Shown: positions 39,110 through 50,066, counted from the stretch's first letter. The stretch is DNA of 64,000 nucleotides from an uncultured virus (IMG/VR IMGVR_UViG_3300042893_000600) (IMGVR_UViG_3300042893_000600:1-64000), one strand, 5' to 3'. Numbers and translations: made by a program. Notes: generated by a model from the letters alone, not told the origin.

Positions 39110-39946
39110 ATGGCTACAATTAACGACTTAAACCCTATATCAGTGCCAGCAGACGACTCTGTAATAGTTGTTACTGATGCTACTTCCAGTAAAAAAATAA
39201 CGGTGTTAGATTTAAAATCTAATATTTTTAAACAGGCTAGCAGCACACAGGCAGGCAGTATAAAAGTTGGCTCTGGTCTAAGCATAAACACTGATGGTAT
39301 ACTATCTGTATCTAACTACAGCGATTATACGCTTCCAAAAGCAACTACATCTAATTTAGGCGGTGTAATTATAGGAGCAGGGTTGGCAATAGATACAGCA
39401 GGCGTTCTTACTGTTAGTGCTACTACTATTCCAAGTGCTAGTACGTTAGTTTCAGGTACAGTTAAAGTTGGCACTGGGCTAGTTATGAATTCAGGAGTAT
39501 TGTCAATTGCGTTTTCTCAATATGAGTTACCCAGCGCAACACAAGTAGTTTTAGGTGGAATTCGGGTAGGTTCAGGATTAATCATGGATAACTCTGTGTT
39601 GTCCACACAGGCTGACCCTTTTCTTACTGAAAGTGATCAAACAGTAACTAACAATTACACTACTGCTGACAATAAAGTAGTTTATAGTATAGGTACAATT
39701 ACTCTAGATAGAACAGTTACATTTACAGTTGAAAGAAACGCAACTTGGACAATTTACACCCCAGGCGCTGTTTCAGCTACTATTCCTGTAATCCCTCCAG
39801 CATCTCCAATTCAAGAACAAGACACCACAATTATAGCTAATTATAGCATATCCAACAATAAAATTGCTTCAAGTATAGGGCCTGTTGTTGTTGATCGTAA
39901 CGTTACCGTAGAAGTTGCACCATTATCTACGTGGATTATATTTTAA
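39110..39946 (+). CDS. Fibre-like structural protein with LPxAT...LGGV.VG.GL repeats
   Basis: Four ~35-aa repeats followed by two copies of an E.D.T...NY...SIG....D..VT..V....TW.I module. Confidence 0.65.
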   Translation: MATINDLNPISVPADDSVIVVTDATSSKKITVLDLKSNIFKQASSTQAGSIKVGSGLSINTDGILSVSNYSDYTLPKATTSNLGGVIIGAGLAIDTAGVLTVSATTIPSASTLVSGTVKVGTGLVMNSGVLSIAFSQYELPSATQVVLGGIRVGSGLIMDNSVLSTQADPFLTESDQTVTNNYTTADNKVVYSIGTITLDRTVTFTVERNATWTIYTPGAVSATIPVIPPASPIQEQDTTIIANYSISNNKIASSIGPVVVDRNVTVEVAPLSTWIIF

Positions 39947-39977
39947 ATAAATACATTATCATTAGGAGTATTTCAAC

Positions 39978-40892
39978 ATGGCAAATTTAAAACTTTTGGG
40001 GGCATCATCTGGATACACAGAGCTAGCCGCCGCATCAGTTGCCGTACCTACAACATTTACACTTCCGGCAGCTGACGGCACCGCAGGCCAAATATTGAGT
40101 ACAAATGGCGGCGGGCAACTACAATTTATAACAAACGAAGCAGCTTCTTACAGCTTGCCCACCGCTTCAACTACCGTGCTAGGTGGTGTACGAGTAGACG
40201 GAACCACTGTTACCATCAACGGTAGCGGCGTTATCAGCTCTGCAAGTGCTTACACATTGACTACTGCTAGCTCAACTGTGTTGGGTGGAGTTAAAGTAGG
40301 AACCGGTTTAGCCATCAATGCTGGTGTACTCAGTGTTGCTAATACAGGCGCCGCAGCACAAGCTGACAGTTTAAAAGTAGGCGCCAATTACAGAACCGCA
40401 ACGATAGACGAAGCAAGTCAAGGTACTAGTTTATCTATCGCTTGCCGAGACATTGACGGAAATCTAAATGCTGTGCTTTTCCAAGGAACTGCCACTAGTT
40501 CATTGTTTGCTGACTTGGCAGAAAAATACGTAGCTGATTCTCGCTATGAAGCAGGCACTGTTTTAGAATTTGGCGGCATACATGAAGTTACAATAGCTGA
40601 AGATGAAACACGCAGGGTTGCTGGAGTTGTTTCTACAGATCCAGGTTTTATAATGAACACAGGCCTTGAGTGTAGCGTAAGCAATGGAGAGCACACCGCA
40701 GTTTTAGCGTTAACTGGCCGAGTTCCTTGTAAAGTTCGTGGCAATATCAAGAAAGGTGACATGCTTATTAGTGCTGGCGGCGGCTTCGCCCGTCCTAGTA
40801 ATAACCCTTCTATGGGAACTGTTATTGGTAAAGCGCTAGAAGATTTTGATGGAGATGAAGGTCTTATTGAAGTTGTTGTAGGCAGAATGTAA
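39978..40892 (+). CDS. Fibre protein with C-terminal intramolecular-chaperone-like domain
   Basis: Same LGGV.V repeats, then ADLAEKY...GVVSTDP...ALTGRVPCKV.G.IKKGD.L. SD AGGAG and TAAATA upstream. Confidence 0.7.
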   Translation: MANLKLLGASSGYTELAAASVAVPTTFTLPAADGTAGQILSTNGGGQLQFITNEAASYSLPTASTTVLGGVRVDGTTVTINGSGVISSASAYTLTTASSTVLGGVKVGTGLAINAGVLSVANTGAAAQADSLKVGANYRTATIDEASQGTSLSIACRDIDGNLNAVLFQGTATSSLFADLAEKYVADSRYEAGTVLEFGGIHEVTIAEDETRRVAGVVSTDPGFIMNTGLECSVSNGEHTAVLALTGRVPCKVRGNIKKGDMLISAGGGFARPSNNPSMGTVIGKALEDFDGDEGLIEVVVGRM

Positions 40893-40912
40893 TTCATAAT
40901 AAAGAGAACAAT

Positions 40913-41524
40913 ATGCAAGGTAAAGATCTATCTGGAATTCTAGTTGAAGGCCATATCAAAATTTGGTATCCTGAAACAGGCGAAGTGGCAGTAAACAAAC
41001 GTAATGCTATTCATTATGAAAATATGAGTGTTGCCCTTGCCGAGAGTTTAGCCAACGAAGGCCAAGGATTCATTAGTTCAATGGCATTTGGCAATGGCGG
41101 TACTAGCGTAGATCCTACAGGTATCATCACTTATCTTACTCCTAACTCGACTGGTACTAATGCTAGTCTGTACAATGAAACTTATACAAAAGTGGTAAAC
41201 GATAGACTAAGTTCTAATCTTGATCCGACTCGTAATAGAATTGAAACACGTCATGTAACTGGTAAAAATTATACTGATGTATTTGTAACCTGTTTACTAG
41301 ATTATGGTGAGCCTAGCGGTCAAGAAGCATTTGATAATACCAGTAATAACGATAGTGCTTATGTATTCGATGAACTAGGTTTAGTTTCGTATAGTACAAC
41401 TAATAATCCACGATTGCTAACCCATGTTATTTTTCATCCAGTACAAAAGTCATTAAACAGGCTTATTCAAATCGACTACACTGTTAGAATTCAAAGTCTA
41501 ACTGGATTAAGTGAGGTTGCGTAA
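40913..41524 (+). CDS. Virion structural protein (baseplate/fibre attachment)
   Basis: FDELGL...LLTHVIFHPVQKS...IDYTVRI resembles fibre-attachment modules. Positional evidence. Confidence 0.6.
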   Translation: MQGKDLSGILVEGHIKIWYPETGEVAVNKRNAIHYENMSVALAESLANEGQGFISSMAFGNGGTSVDPTGIITYLTPNSTGTNASLYNETYTKVVNDRLSSNLDPTRNRIETRHVTGKNYTDVFVTCLLDYGEPSGQEAFDNTSNNDSAYVFDELGLVSYSTTNNPRLLTHVIFHPVQKSLNRLIQIDYTVRIQSLTGLSEVA

Positions 41525-41526
41525 AG

Positions 41527-44472
41527 ATGACTTACAACATTTATTATAGTGATTCTGGTAATCCTCAAAATCCAATATCAGTGCCAGACGGCATCGGCAG
41601 TGTTGACACTAGCACCAGTTTGACATTTCCTGGAAAGAATTCTACAAGTTATGCATCTGCCATCGGTACTAATTTTTTACGTTTACTAGAAAATTTTGCT
41701 AGGAACACTGCTCCTGGCTCAGTTTTTGGAGAAGGTTCTCCAATCACTGGACAATTATGGTACGACACGTCAGCTTTTCGTCCGCAGTTAAAACTCTACG
41801 ATGGTACAAAATGGACCGAAGCTGGAAACATTAAAAAAGGTTCAACACAACCTTCTGCAGAAAATAGTATCATAGGCGATTTATGGGTTGACACTACAAA
41901 TCAGCAATTATATTTGTTTGCTGGAACTACTTGGATTTTAGTAGGCCCTCAGTTTAGTGAAGGCAGTGAGTCTGGAATAAAAGCAGAAACATTAGTAGAC
42001 AGAAATACTAATACTAATAAAACTGTCTTAATTTTATACGTTAGTGGATTTCCAGTTATTATTGTTAGTAAAGATGAATTTATTCCAAAATTAGCAATTG
42101 ACGGTTTTGAAGTAATACGTCAAGGCGTTAATTTATCTACAGCCGACTTTGATCTCGACGGAAGAGTTTTAAATAAATTCTGGGGAACCAGCGAAAAAGC
42201 AAATTCGTTAGTTGTAGGTACTAGTATAGTTCCGTCCACGAATTTCTTACGCAGCGATACTGTAAGTACAACCAATTATACATTAAACATTAGGAATGGT
42301 GGCGGCCTAGTTTTAGGCAGCTCATTAGAAACATCGCTGTCTATATCTCCAACCGGTGCCCTGTTATATCATAAAACTCCAGGACAGTCTTTAATTTTTA
42401 AAACAACTACTTCTGGCGGCGTTGCCAACGAAGTGTTAGTTGTAACTGGAAATCAACGTGTAGGGGTGAATAAGACACCCACTGAAGCATTGGACGTATC
42501 TGGTAATTTATTAGCCAGCGGCAGCATAAAAACTACAGCAACTACTAGTTCTACAAGTACAACCACTGGCTCTTTAGTGGTTGGCGGCGGCGCAGGCGTG
42601 GCTGGCGCCTTATATGTTGGCGGTGCAGCTAATGTAGTTGGACAAGTTACAGTTGGAAATTCTGCAGCCACAGGTGCGGCCATAGTAACTAGTAACACAA
42701 CGCCGTTAGTTCCAAAACACGACATTGGTACTTCTGGAAATAATTTTAGAAATGTTTATGCTCAGAATTTTTATGGAACTACATTTGTCGGAGATGTAAC
42801 TGGTAATGTGTCGGGTAATGTGTCGGGATCAGCAGTATCTCTAGCAAAGACTTCGGCATTCTCTTTAAGAGGCGATATCACTAGCAATGTCATTGCTTTC
42901 AACGGAGCATCAGCAGTTCCTATTAGATATGTATCTACAGTTTCTAAAAATGTTCTTGGGGTAGTCACTGTTACTACCATTGTTCCGCACGAATATATTT
43001 CTAGTTATATTGTTAGCTTAGAATATAATACTGTAAGTCCCGGAGCAATTTTAACTTCTTTTATAACAGCCGGTTCGGTAATCACTGTCACGGGTCTTAA
43101 CACATTTACATATACCAGTTCTAACACTGTGTTAATTAGTACAACAGGTACTGTGGGCAGTATTGCTGGAAGTGGACCTTGGACAGGCACTATCACTGGT
43201 ATGAGTTCGACTACTGGCTTGGTAATAGGATCAACTGTAACAGCAACTAATGGTTCAGGTAGCCTCGGATCTAGCGGAGTATATACGGTTAGCGGTTCAA
43301 TTACGGGCTCGTCTGTAGCTTTTACAGCTACTGGTGGCACAACTCCAGTAGCTGGAGCAATTACTAATATAATTGCTACTGGTTCTATTGCTACAACTTC
43401 TATGCCAGTTGGTATAGTTGGTTCACTAACAGTAAATCCTGGCGGCACATTTAATACAGTACTAGATGACGAAGTTATTTCTGGAAAAATAGAATTATCA
43501 AACATAGTAGATAGTGATTTCTTTTTAGTTTATAGATCTACAGCATCGCCTGCTTTAAGAAAAATTAGCAAAGCTGTATTGTTTTCCACAGCAGGCACAG
43601 TGCCTACTGGCAGTATAATGCCTTTTGCTGGCGATACTGCTCCGGCAGGATACTTATTATGTGACGGCAGTGAACAAAGTCAGGGTCAATATTCCGAACT
43701 GTTCACAGTATTAGGCACCAAGTACGGTTCTGGCACATATAATGCTATATCAAATCCAACTGGCTTGGAAGGTTATCAAACATTTAGAATTCCAGACTTA
43801 CGTGGACGTTTTGCGCTAGGCAAAGATGACATGGATAACGGTAACACTATCAATATACAAGTATCGGCCACACTAGGTTCTATGACTGCTATAACAACAT
43901 TAGGTGCCATCGATGCAACATTTACAGTTTTAAATTCAGCTACTATAAACGGACCATGGACAAGGGCATTGGGTAGAACATTAAGCGGTACACCGCTTCA
44001 AAATAATTTGTCTCCGGTTACGATTACAGCAGTTACAGTTGGAACTACTAACACAACTATAGTTGTAAGTTGTCAAAGTCAAACTGTTGGCTATCCTACT
44101 GGTGCCACAGGACTAACGCTGGAAGCAATTGGTTCAAAAGATGGCGGTGGTGGTGTAGCTGGCAGAGTATCGAGCGCAACAATATTAGGTGTTTCAGGCG
44201 GTAATAATCAGAAAACATTATCAAGCTCAAACATTCCAGATCACTTACATGATATGAAGGATAGTTTGAATAATCAATATGGAGCTGTTAGCAGCGCCCC
44301 TTCTACCGCACCAGAAATTATTGCACAAAGCATACACTTTACATCCCCAGCTGGTCAGTTGTTACCAAACAGTGGCGGCATTCAGGGATATACTTCACAA
44401 ACAGCACTAGACGTTATGAATCCGTATCAAACAATCAACTATATTATATTTACTGGCAGGATCTTACCATGA
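41527..44472 (+). CDS. Tail fibre protein with tail-collar domain
   Basis: Collar motif PTGSIMPFAG..APAGYLLCDG...YSELF.VLG..YG...FRIPDLRGRF, H.H tip, NPYQTINYII. Confidence 0.85.
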   Translation: MTYNIYYSDSGNPQNPISVPDGIGSVDTSTSLTFPGKNSTSYASAIGTNFLRLLENFARNTAPGSVFGEGSPITGQLWYDTSAFRPQLKLYDGTKWTEAGNIKKGSTQPSAENSIIGDLWVDTTNQQLYLFAGTTWILVGPQFSEGSESGIKAETLVDRNTNTNKTVLILYVSGFPVIIVSKDEFIPKLAIDGFEVIRQGVNLSTADFDLDGRVLNKFWGTSEKANSLVVGTSIVPSTNFLRSDTVSTTNYTLNIRNGGGLVLGSSLETSLSISPTGALLYHKTPGQSLIFKTTTSGGVANEVLVVTGNQRVGVNKTPTEALDVSGNLLASGSIKTTATTSSTSTTTGSLVVGGGAGVAGALYVGGAANVVGQVTVGNSAATGAAIVTSNTTPLVPKHDIGTSGNNFRNVYAQNFYGTTFVGDVTGNVSGNVSGSAVSLAKTSAFSLRGDITSNVIAFNGASAVPIRYVSTVSKNVLGVVTVTTIVPHEYISSYIVSLEYNTVSPGAILTSFITAGSVITVTGLNTFTYTSSNTVLISTTGTVGSIAGSGPWTGTITGMSSTTGLVIGSTVTATNGSGSLGSSGVYTVSGSITGSSVAFTATGGTTPVAGAITNIIATGSIATTSMPVGIVGSLTVNPGGTFNTVLDDEVISGKIELSNIVDSDFFLVYRSTASPALRKISKAVLFSTAGTVPTGSIMPFAGDTAPAGYLLCDGSEQSQGQYSELFTVLGTKYGSGTYNAISNPTGLEGYQTFRIPDLRGRFALGKDDMDNGNTINIQVSATLGSMTAITTLGAIDATFTVLNSATINGPWTRALGRTLSGTPLQNNLSPVTITAVTVGTTNTTIVVSCQSQTVGYPTGATGLTLEAIGSKDGGGGVAGRVSSATILGVSGGNNQKTLSSSNIPDHLHDMKDSLNNQYGAVSSAPSTAPEIIAQSIHFTSPAGQLLPNSGGIQGYTSQTALDVMNPYQTINYIIFTGRILP

Positions 44473-47186
44473 CCTATAAGATTAACAAAACAGATGGCAG
44501 CTTGCTAACAGAAATTATCGATAGTGCTATCGATACCACTGCCACTGACTTGGCCTTAATAGGTAAAAATGTTACGGGCTACGGCGAATATCTTAATGAA
44601 AATTTTGTAAAGCTTCTGGAAAATTTTGCCAGTACAAGTGAACCTAATAATCCTATAACTGGACAAATATGGTTTGACGTTAGTGAAAACAGATTAAAAG
44701 TTTATGACGGTAATGGATTTAGAATTGGAAGTGGTCCGATTGTATCAGGTACAGCACCGCTAAATCCTATTCAAGGTGATTTTTGGATTGACAGCAATGA
44801 AAATCAATTGTACTTTTATGATGGCACTGATAGACAACTAGCAGGCCCAATTTATAAAGATAGTCAAGGTATTTCTGGTTGGGAAGTTGCCACAATAGCA
44901 GACACTGACAGTAATTCGCGAGTGATTGTAAAGTTATGGGCTGCTCAGACGTTATTAGGAATTTTTAGTAAGTATACAGAATTTACACCTAGTAGTTTAA
45001 TACCCGGATATGCAGGTTCTATCAAACCTGGATTTAATGCTGGTACTGTATCGGGATTCAAACTCAACGCTACAGCATCTAGTGCAGATGCGCTAGTTGA
45101 TAATCTTGGAAATTTAAAACCAGTTAGCAGTTTTATGTTAACTGCTGACGATAACAGTACTACAGGCAGTCTTACAATTATCAATCCAGAACCTTTGATA
45201 CTGGGCGCAAATCAAAAAAATACTATATTGGTATCCGATGATGATATTCGAATTCGTAGTAATTTCGGCGGCAATATCGCACACCCTGACGGTCAAAACT
45301 TTATAATAACAACCAAACAAGGATCAACATTTAGTGATGCAATCACAGTAAAAGCTGCAACTAATAGAGTTGGCATTTTTAATAATGCCCCTACAGGCAT
45401 GTTACACATTGGAACTACGCTAGCACCTGGCAATGTTGTCATCGAAGGTAACTTAACAGTTAACGGTACTAGCACAACTATTAATTCCACAGTCGTAGCC
45501 ATAGATGACATCAATATAATATTAGGTGATACTGCGTCACCAACTGATGTAACAGCCAACGGCGGCGGCCTTACACTTAAAGGCGCCAGCGATAAAACTT
45601 TATCATGGATAGATGCTACCGATTCTTGGACCAGCAATCAGAATTTTGATATTACTTTTGGCAAAACATACAAGATCAACGGCGTTGATGTATTAACCTC
45701 TACAACATTAGGATCGAGTATTGTTAATTCTAGCTTGACCAGTATTGGAACATTGACTAGTTTACAAGTTGATAACATCAATATTAACAATAATGTAATC
45801 TCAACTACTACTACAAATACTAATTTAGTATTATCGCCTAATGGCACTGGCGTAGTTGATGTTGCCACTAGTAGAATTACAAGTTTGTCCAATCCAGTTG
45901 CTGGCACAGACGCAGTAAATTTACAAACATTAACAGCTAGTTTGCCAGCACCTTGGATTAATGTCAATGCCAATTATCAATCTAGTAAAAATGATAGATT
46001 ATTAGTAAGCACAATTTCAGGTACACTGACTGTGACATTGCCCAATGTTGTAAGTTCTAGTGACACTATTCGTTTCTTTGACTATGACAGCACATTCGAT
46101 ACTGATAATTTAATCATAACTAGATATAGAAGAATAGATCCTGCTACAATTACTGGATTAAGTGCAGGTATAGCAAATACATTTATTGGGTTGGCAACTA
46201 CTACAACCAGTGTAGCAGGTAACGGAATCATTGTCACGGTAACAACAACATCCGCAACACCAGCAGGATATAATAACGTAAACACCGCCATCACAGTGAC
46301 CACTTCAGGTTATGGATATGTAACAGGAGATGTTATAACAGTGTCTGGTGCTGCCGTCGGCGGCGCAAGTCCTGCTAACGATTTAGTATTTGAGTTAGAT
46401 GTTATGGATAACATCTTTGGACTAGACGAAGATTTAATTGTAAATGACGCCGCAGCATCATTTGGTTTGATATATGCTAATTCTGCTCAAGGTTGGCGCT
46501 ATATCGAAAGTTTAGAACTTCCAGCAATAATTTATGTCGATGTAACTGGTAATCTAACAGGCAATGTAACAGGCAATGTAACAGGCAATGTTACAGGCAA
46601 TGTTACAGGCAATGTTACAGGGTCAATATTATCTGCATCTCAGCCTAATGTTACCAGTCTTGGAACTTTATCTAATTTATCTGTTAGTTCTGATATATTA
46701 GCTAATTTAAAAGGAAACGTAGTTTCTAGCAATACTAATGTAACTGTGCTTAATACCAGTGCTGCTACTGCAACTTTTTTGGGTAACGTCACTGGCAACA
46801 TTACTGGTGACGTTACTGGTGACGTCACAAATACACAATTAGTCTTAGAATCCACTACAAATTCTGTATTAATAAAATCCGGAGCAAACGGAATTAGATT
46901 AAGTTCGCTGGACGATACAACCGTACAAGAACAATACAATGTACAGATTACACCAGGCGCATCACCAACACAACGTTCGCGTACTTTGTTATACGGCGAT
47001 GTAGAAGTTGTTAATATTTCTACAAGCAATATCAACGGAGCATCTTTCAAATTACCGTCTTACTCTAATTTAGAACTTGCATCGAGAACATTGAGCGCAC
47101 TAAATTATGGTGAACTTATCTATAATAGCACTGCTAACCAGGTACAAGCCTACATTAGCCCAGGCTCTTGGGTTAGTTTGAATTAA
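44469..47186 (+). CDS. Tail fibre protein
   Basis: Shares the N-terminal GKN..GYG...NENF..LLENFA...GQ.W.D domain with its neighbours. Thr/Gly/Asn-rich beta repeats. Confidence 0.8.
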   Translation: MTYKINKTDGSLLTEIIDSAIDTTATDLALIGKNVTGYGEYLNENFVKLLENFASTSEPNNPITGQIWFDVSENRLKVYDGNGFRIGSGPIVSGTAPLNPIQGDFWIDSNENQLYFYDGTDRQLAGPIYKDSQGISGWEVATIADTDSNSRVIVKLWAAQTLLGIFSKYTEFTPSSLIPGYAGSIKPGFNAGTVSGFKLNATASSADALVDNLGNLKPVSSFMLTADDNSTTGSLTIINPEPLILGANQKNTILVSDDDIRIRSNFGGNIAHPDGQNFIITTKQGSTFSDAITVKAATNRVGIFNNAPTGMLHIGTTLAPGNVVIEGNLTVNGTSTTINSTVVAIDDINIILGDTASPTDVTANGGGLTLKGASDKTLSWIDATDSWTSNQNFDITFGKTYKINGVDVLTSTTLGSSIVNSSLTSIGTLTSLQVDNININNNVISTTTTNTNLVLSPNGTGVVDVATSRITSLSNPVAGTDAVNLQTLTASLPAPWINVNANYQSSKNDRLLVSTISGTLTVTLPNVVSSSDTIRFFDYDSTFDTDNLIITRYRRIDPATITGLSAGIANTFIGLATTTTSVAGNGIIVTVTTTSATPAGYNNVNTAITVTTSGYGYVTGDVITVSGAAVGGASPANDLVFELDVMDNIFGLDEDLIVNDAAASFGLIYANSAQGWRYIESLELPAIIYVDVTGNLTGNVTGNVTGNVTGNVTGNVTGSILSASQPNVTSLGTLSNLSVSSDILANLKGNVVSSNTNVTVLNTSAATATFLGNVTGNITGDVTGDVTNTQLVLESTTNSVLIKSGANGIRLSSLDDTTVQEQYNVQITPGASPTQRSRTLLYGDVEVVNISTSNINGASFKLPSYSNLELASRTLSALNYGELIYNSTANQVQAYISPGSWVSLN
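46557..46621. repeat. About 5.4 copies of a 12-bp tandem repeat (ACAGGCAATGTW) encoding TGNV
   Basis: Read directly from the sequence. Confidence 0.95.
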
Positions 47187-47245
47187 AAATTGCATAATGA
47201 ATATGTACATAGAGCTAAATATAATAGATCAGGGGGTTAACAGTT

Positions 47246-48952
47246 ATGCCTTATAGCATTGACAAGTATAATGGAACAACCATTGCGGTAGTCGAAGACG
47301 GTACTATAGATAGTACCCTAGATATTAAATTAATTGGTAAAAATTACGCCGGCTACGGTGAAGTACAAAACGAAAACTTTGTTCATTTGCTAGAGAATTT
47401 TGCTGGAGGATCTTCACCTCCCCGCCCAATTAGCGGACAAATTTGGTACGATACCACTACTAAGAAAATTAAATTTTATGATGCTGCCAGCGCCCGCTGG
47501 AGAACAGCAGGAGGCGCAGAAAGTGCTGCCGGCCCAACTGGCCCAATAGGTCTGGGACAGGGTGATTTCTGGTTTGAAACTATCAACAAGCAGTTATATG
47601 TTTACGACGGCACCGCATACGTTCTAGTGGGTCCACAAGGTGTTGGCGGCCTTGGCACCACTCAAATGAAATCTGTTTCAGTAACAGACACCGTCGCCGG
47701 CACACACGGAATTATACAAGCATTTGTCGATGGCGACATTGTGTTTGTTGTTTCAACAGATTCGTTTGAGTTGAGTACAGCTAGTGAAGCAACAATGCCA
47801 GGGTTTGGCATAATAAAGTCTGGTATTACGCTGGCAAATACTGATAATACTGATGGTATAACTGACCCAGGTGTTAATGCTACTCCGTTAGATATTGTTT
47901 GGGGAACTGTCAGTAACAGTCTTAAATTAAACGGTTACACATCTGACGATTTTGTTTTAAATGAGGGCACTGTTAATTTCGATGTGCTAGTACATTTTTC
48001 AGATCTAGGTTATACTGTTGGCGATAGCGATGATCTCGAAGTAAAAATTGACACTGACGGCATAACACCAATATTTAAAACTTCAATTAACAATACAATC
48101 AAGTTCCAAACTTACAACGCTCTTACACCGACCATACCAAATACGCCACTTACCTTAGTGGGCGCAAATATTTTACCAGGCGTCGATAATGTAACGAATC
48201 TAGGATCTAGTTCTTTTAAATTTAAAGATGTGTACGGTACTACTTTTTCTGGAACTGCCGCTCAATCAGACAAGTTAAAAGTTGGCGTAGTTTACGCAGA
48301 TGCAGCAGTAGCCAGCACCGCGGACACAGTGGTAGTTAGAACTGCCGCAGGAGCCATAAACGCAACTTCTTTCTTGGGTAATGCGTCTACCGCAACTACC
48401 GCAACTACAGCAACGCAGGCAAATACACTACAAGTTGCCGCTGGCGTGTATAGAACAGCTAGTGTTTCAGCTCCAGATGATGGAGTTGCAGATACTATTG
48501 CAGTAAGAGATTCAGCCGGCGACTTGTGTGCTACAATTTTCCGTGGAACAGCCACAGCCGCATTGTTTGCTGACTTGGCTGAAAAATATTTGGCAGATGA
48601 CGAATACGAAATTGGCACAGTGGTAACTGTGGGCGGTGCGCAAGAAGTTACAGCATGTCAAATGGGCACCCGTGCATTTGGTGCAGTAAGTGGAAGTCCA
48701 GCTTTTATGATGAATGAAGGTCTTGTTGGCGGCACATATATCGCACTAAAAGGTCGTGTACCAGTTAAAGTTATTGGAGCAGTGACTAAAGGTGACAAAT
48801 TAATAGCAGCCAGTAACGGTTGCGCAGGTCCTGCCCACGTGTTGCTACAGAATTTACCCGTCCGTGCTGGAAATTTTCCAGATACTTTTGCTATTGCATT
48901 AGAAAGTAGCGATGACGCAGGCGTCAAACTAATAGAAGCAATAATTATTTAA
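47246..48952 (+). CDS. Tail fibre protein with C-terminal chaperone-like domain
   Basis: Shared N-terminal domain and ADLAEKY...ALKGRVPVKV.G.V.KGD.L C-terminus. TAAATA at 47216-47221. Confidence 0.8.
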   Translation: MPYSIDKYNGTTIAVVEDGTIDSTLDIKLIGKNYAGYGEVQNENFVHLLENFAGGSSPPRPISGQIWYDTTTKKIKFYDAASARWRTAGGAESAAGPTGPIGLGQGDFWFETINKQLYVYDGTAYVLVGPQGVGGLGTTQMKSVSVTDTVAGTHGIIQAFVDGDIVFVVSTDSFELSTASEATMPGFGIIKSGITLANTDNTDGITDPGVNATPLDIVWGTVSNSLKLNGYTSDDFVLNEGTVNFDVLVHFSDLGYTVGDSDDLEVKIDTDGITPIFKTSINNTIKFQTYNALTPTIPNTPLTLVGANILPGVDNVTNLGSSSFKFKDVYGTTFSGTAAQSDKLKVGVVYADAAVASTADTVVVRTAAGAINATSFLGNASTATTATTATQANTLQVAAGVYRTASVSAPDDGVADTIAVRDSAGDLCATIFRGTATAALFADLAEKYLADDEYEIGTVVTVGGAQEVTACQMGTRAFGAVSGSPAFMMNEGLVGGTYIALKGRVPVKVIGAVTKGDKLIAASNGCAGPAHVLLQNLPVRAGNFPDTFAIALESSDDAGVKLIEAIII

Positions 48953-48963
48953 GGAATACTACC

Positions 48964-50019
48964 ATGGCAGGAAGAGGAACACGAGCTACGGCGTCGGATT
49001 TTAACAACATTCAAGCAACAGTTAACAGCGTATTAGGCCTTGGTTCGTCTACACAAGGATACGGACAAACAGTTTCCAGTGCGCAAGTAGGTTCTGGAGC
49101 AATCATTACAGTTGCTCAATGGACTACTCTACGTGCTGACTTGGTCAAATGTAGAACACACCAAACCAATCTAGCAGTTGTAAACGGTGCAGCAAACGTT
49201 AGTGCTAATCGCGGCGGCGCATGCCAAACGTTGGAAACTATTACTAGTAGCACTGTTATTAGTGAAGACATTCGAGATCAATACAATTTGTTTACCAACG
49301 GAAGTCCTGGTACCATTGGTATTAATGCTGAACGATCATTGGCAAACGCAGCCCAATTGAGTGCAGCAACAGCACCAAGCGGTGTTACCAACCCTAGTCA
49401 GTATGCTGGCGCATGGGGCGTAAACGCAAGTAGTACTCGTTACCTAAGACAAATTTACACAGTAACTTTTGCCGGCTACACACATGTTGGCGGATTATCA
49501 GTTTCAGCTGCCAATCATATCAGATGTTTCTTTAACGCAGGCGGCAAAATTCAATTTACCAGCACTAGAAGCGGTACAGCAGACAACACAAAGGATACCG
49601 ATTGGACCAATATGTTGAGTGGCATGGGAAATTTCATATTTGCTGCAGCAAATTCAAGCGTTAGCGGAACTACTAACCCAGGAAACGGTGGATCAACTCC
49701 TGGATCTAGTATAGGATATCATCAAACAACTGGCACTTACCAAACATTAGTAAATGTAGCATCTACTGTGAGCCGGTACACTGAAAATAGATTTACAGTT
49801 GAAGTGCAGACATCAGGTACTAACGCTTTGTTATTTAGATTGACATGGGCTGACAATGACGTAATTGAAGGCGCCGAAACAGTGGACGAACCGGTTAATG
49901 GTAATGGCGGTTCCAGAATGGAAAGCAGTTGTTTTATCGTTCGTCCAAACGTAGCAATCACAGTAGACGTTCCGGCGCCTACAGCAAGCGTAGGCGCTTT
50001 TGCAGCATCGGCTTCTTAA
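48964..50019 (+). CDS. Virion structural protein (fibre/baseplate associated)
   Basis: GYGQ, RCFFNAGG.I.F, DWTNML motifs, Thr/Gly/Ala-rich. Last gene of the tail operon. SD AAGGA. Confidence 0.6.
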   Translation: MAGRGTRATASDFNNIQATVNSVLGLGSSTQGYGQTVSSAQVGSGAIITVAQWTTLRADLVKCRTHQTNLAVVNGAANVSANRGGACQTLETITSSTVISEDIRDQYNLFTNGSPGTIGINAERSLANAAQLSAATAPSGVTNPSQYAGAWGVNASSTRYLRQIYTVTFAGYTHVGGLSVSAANHIRCFFNAGGKIQFTSTRSGTADNTKDTDWTNMLSGMGNFIFAAANSSVSGTTNPGNGGSTPGSSIGYHQTTGTYQTLVNVASTVSRYTENRFTVEVQTSGTNALLFRLTWADNDVIEGAETVDEPVNGNGGSRMESSCFIVRPNVAITVDVPAPTASVGAFAASAS

Positions 50020-50037
50020 TCAATAAACTCTAAATCG

Positions 50038-50066
50038 TTGACACTCCTAGGCTAAGATAGTATACT
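50038..50066 (+). promoter_or_regulatory. Sigma70 promoter TTGACA-N17-TATACT for the glycosyltransferase operon
   Basis: TTGACA 50038-50043, 17-nt spacer, TATACT 50061-50066. Confidence 0.8.

Noticed and set aside
39110..50019. Diversity-generating retroelement or invertase shufflon acting on fibres
   Set aside because: No reverse transcriptase or recombinase in the window, and no ~100-bp TR/VR pair differing at adenines was noticed.
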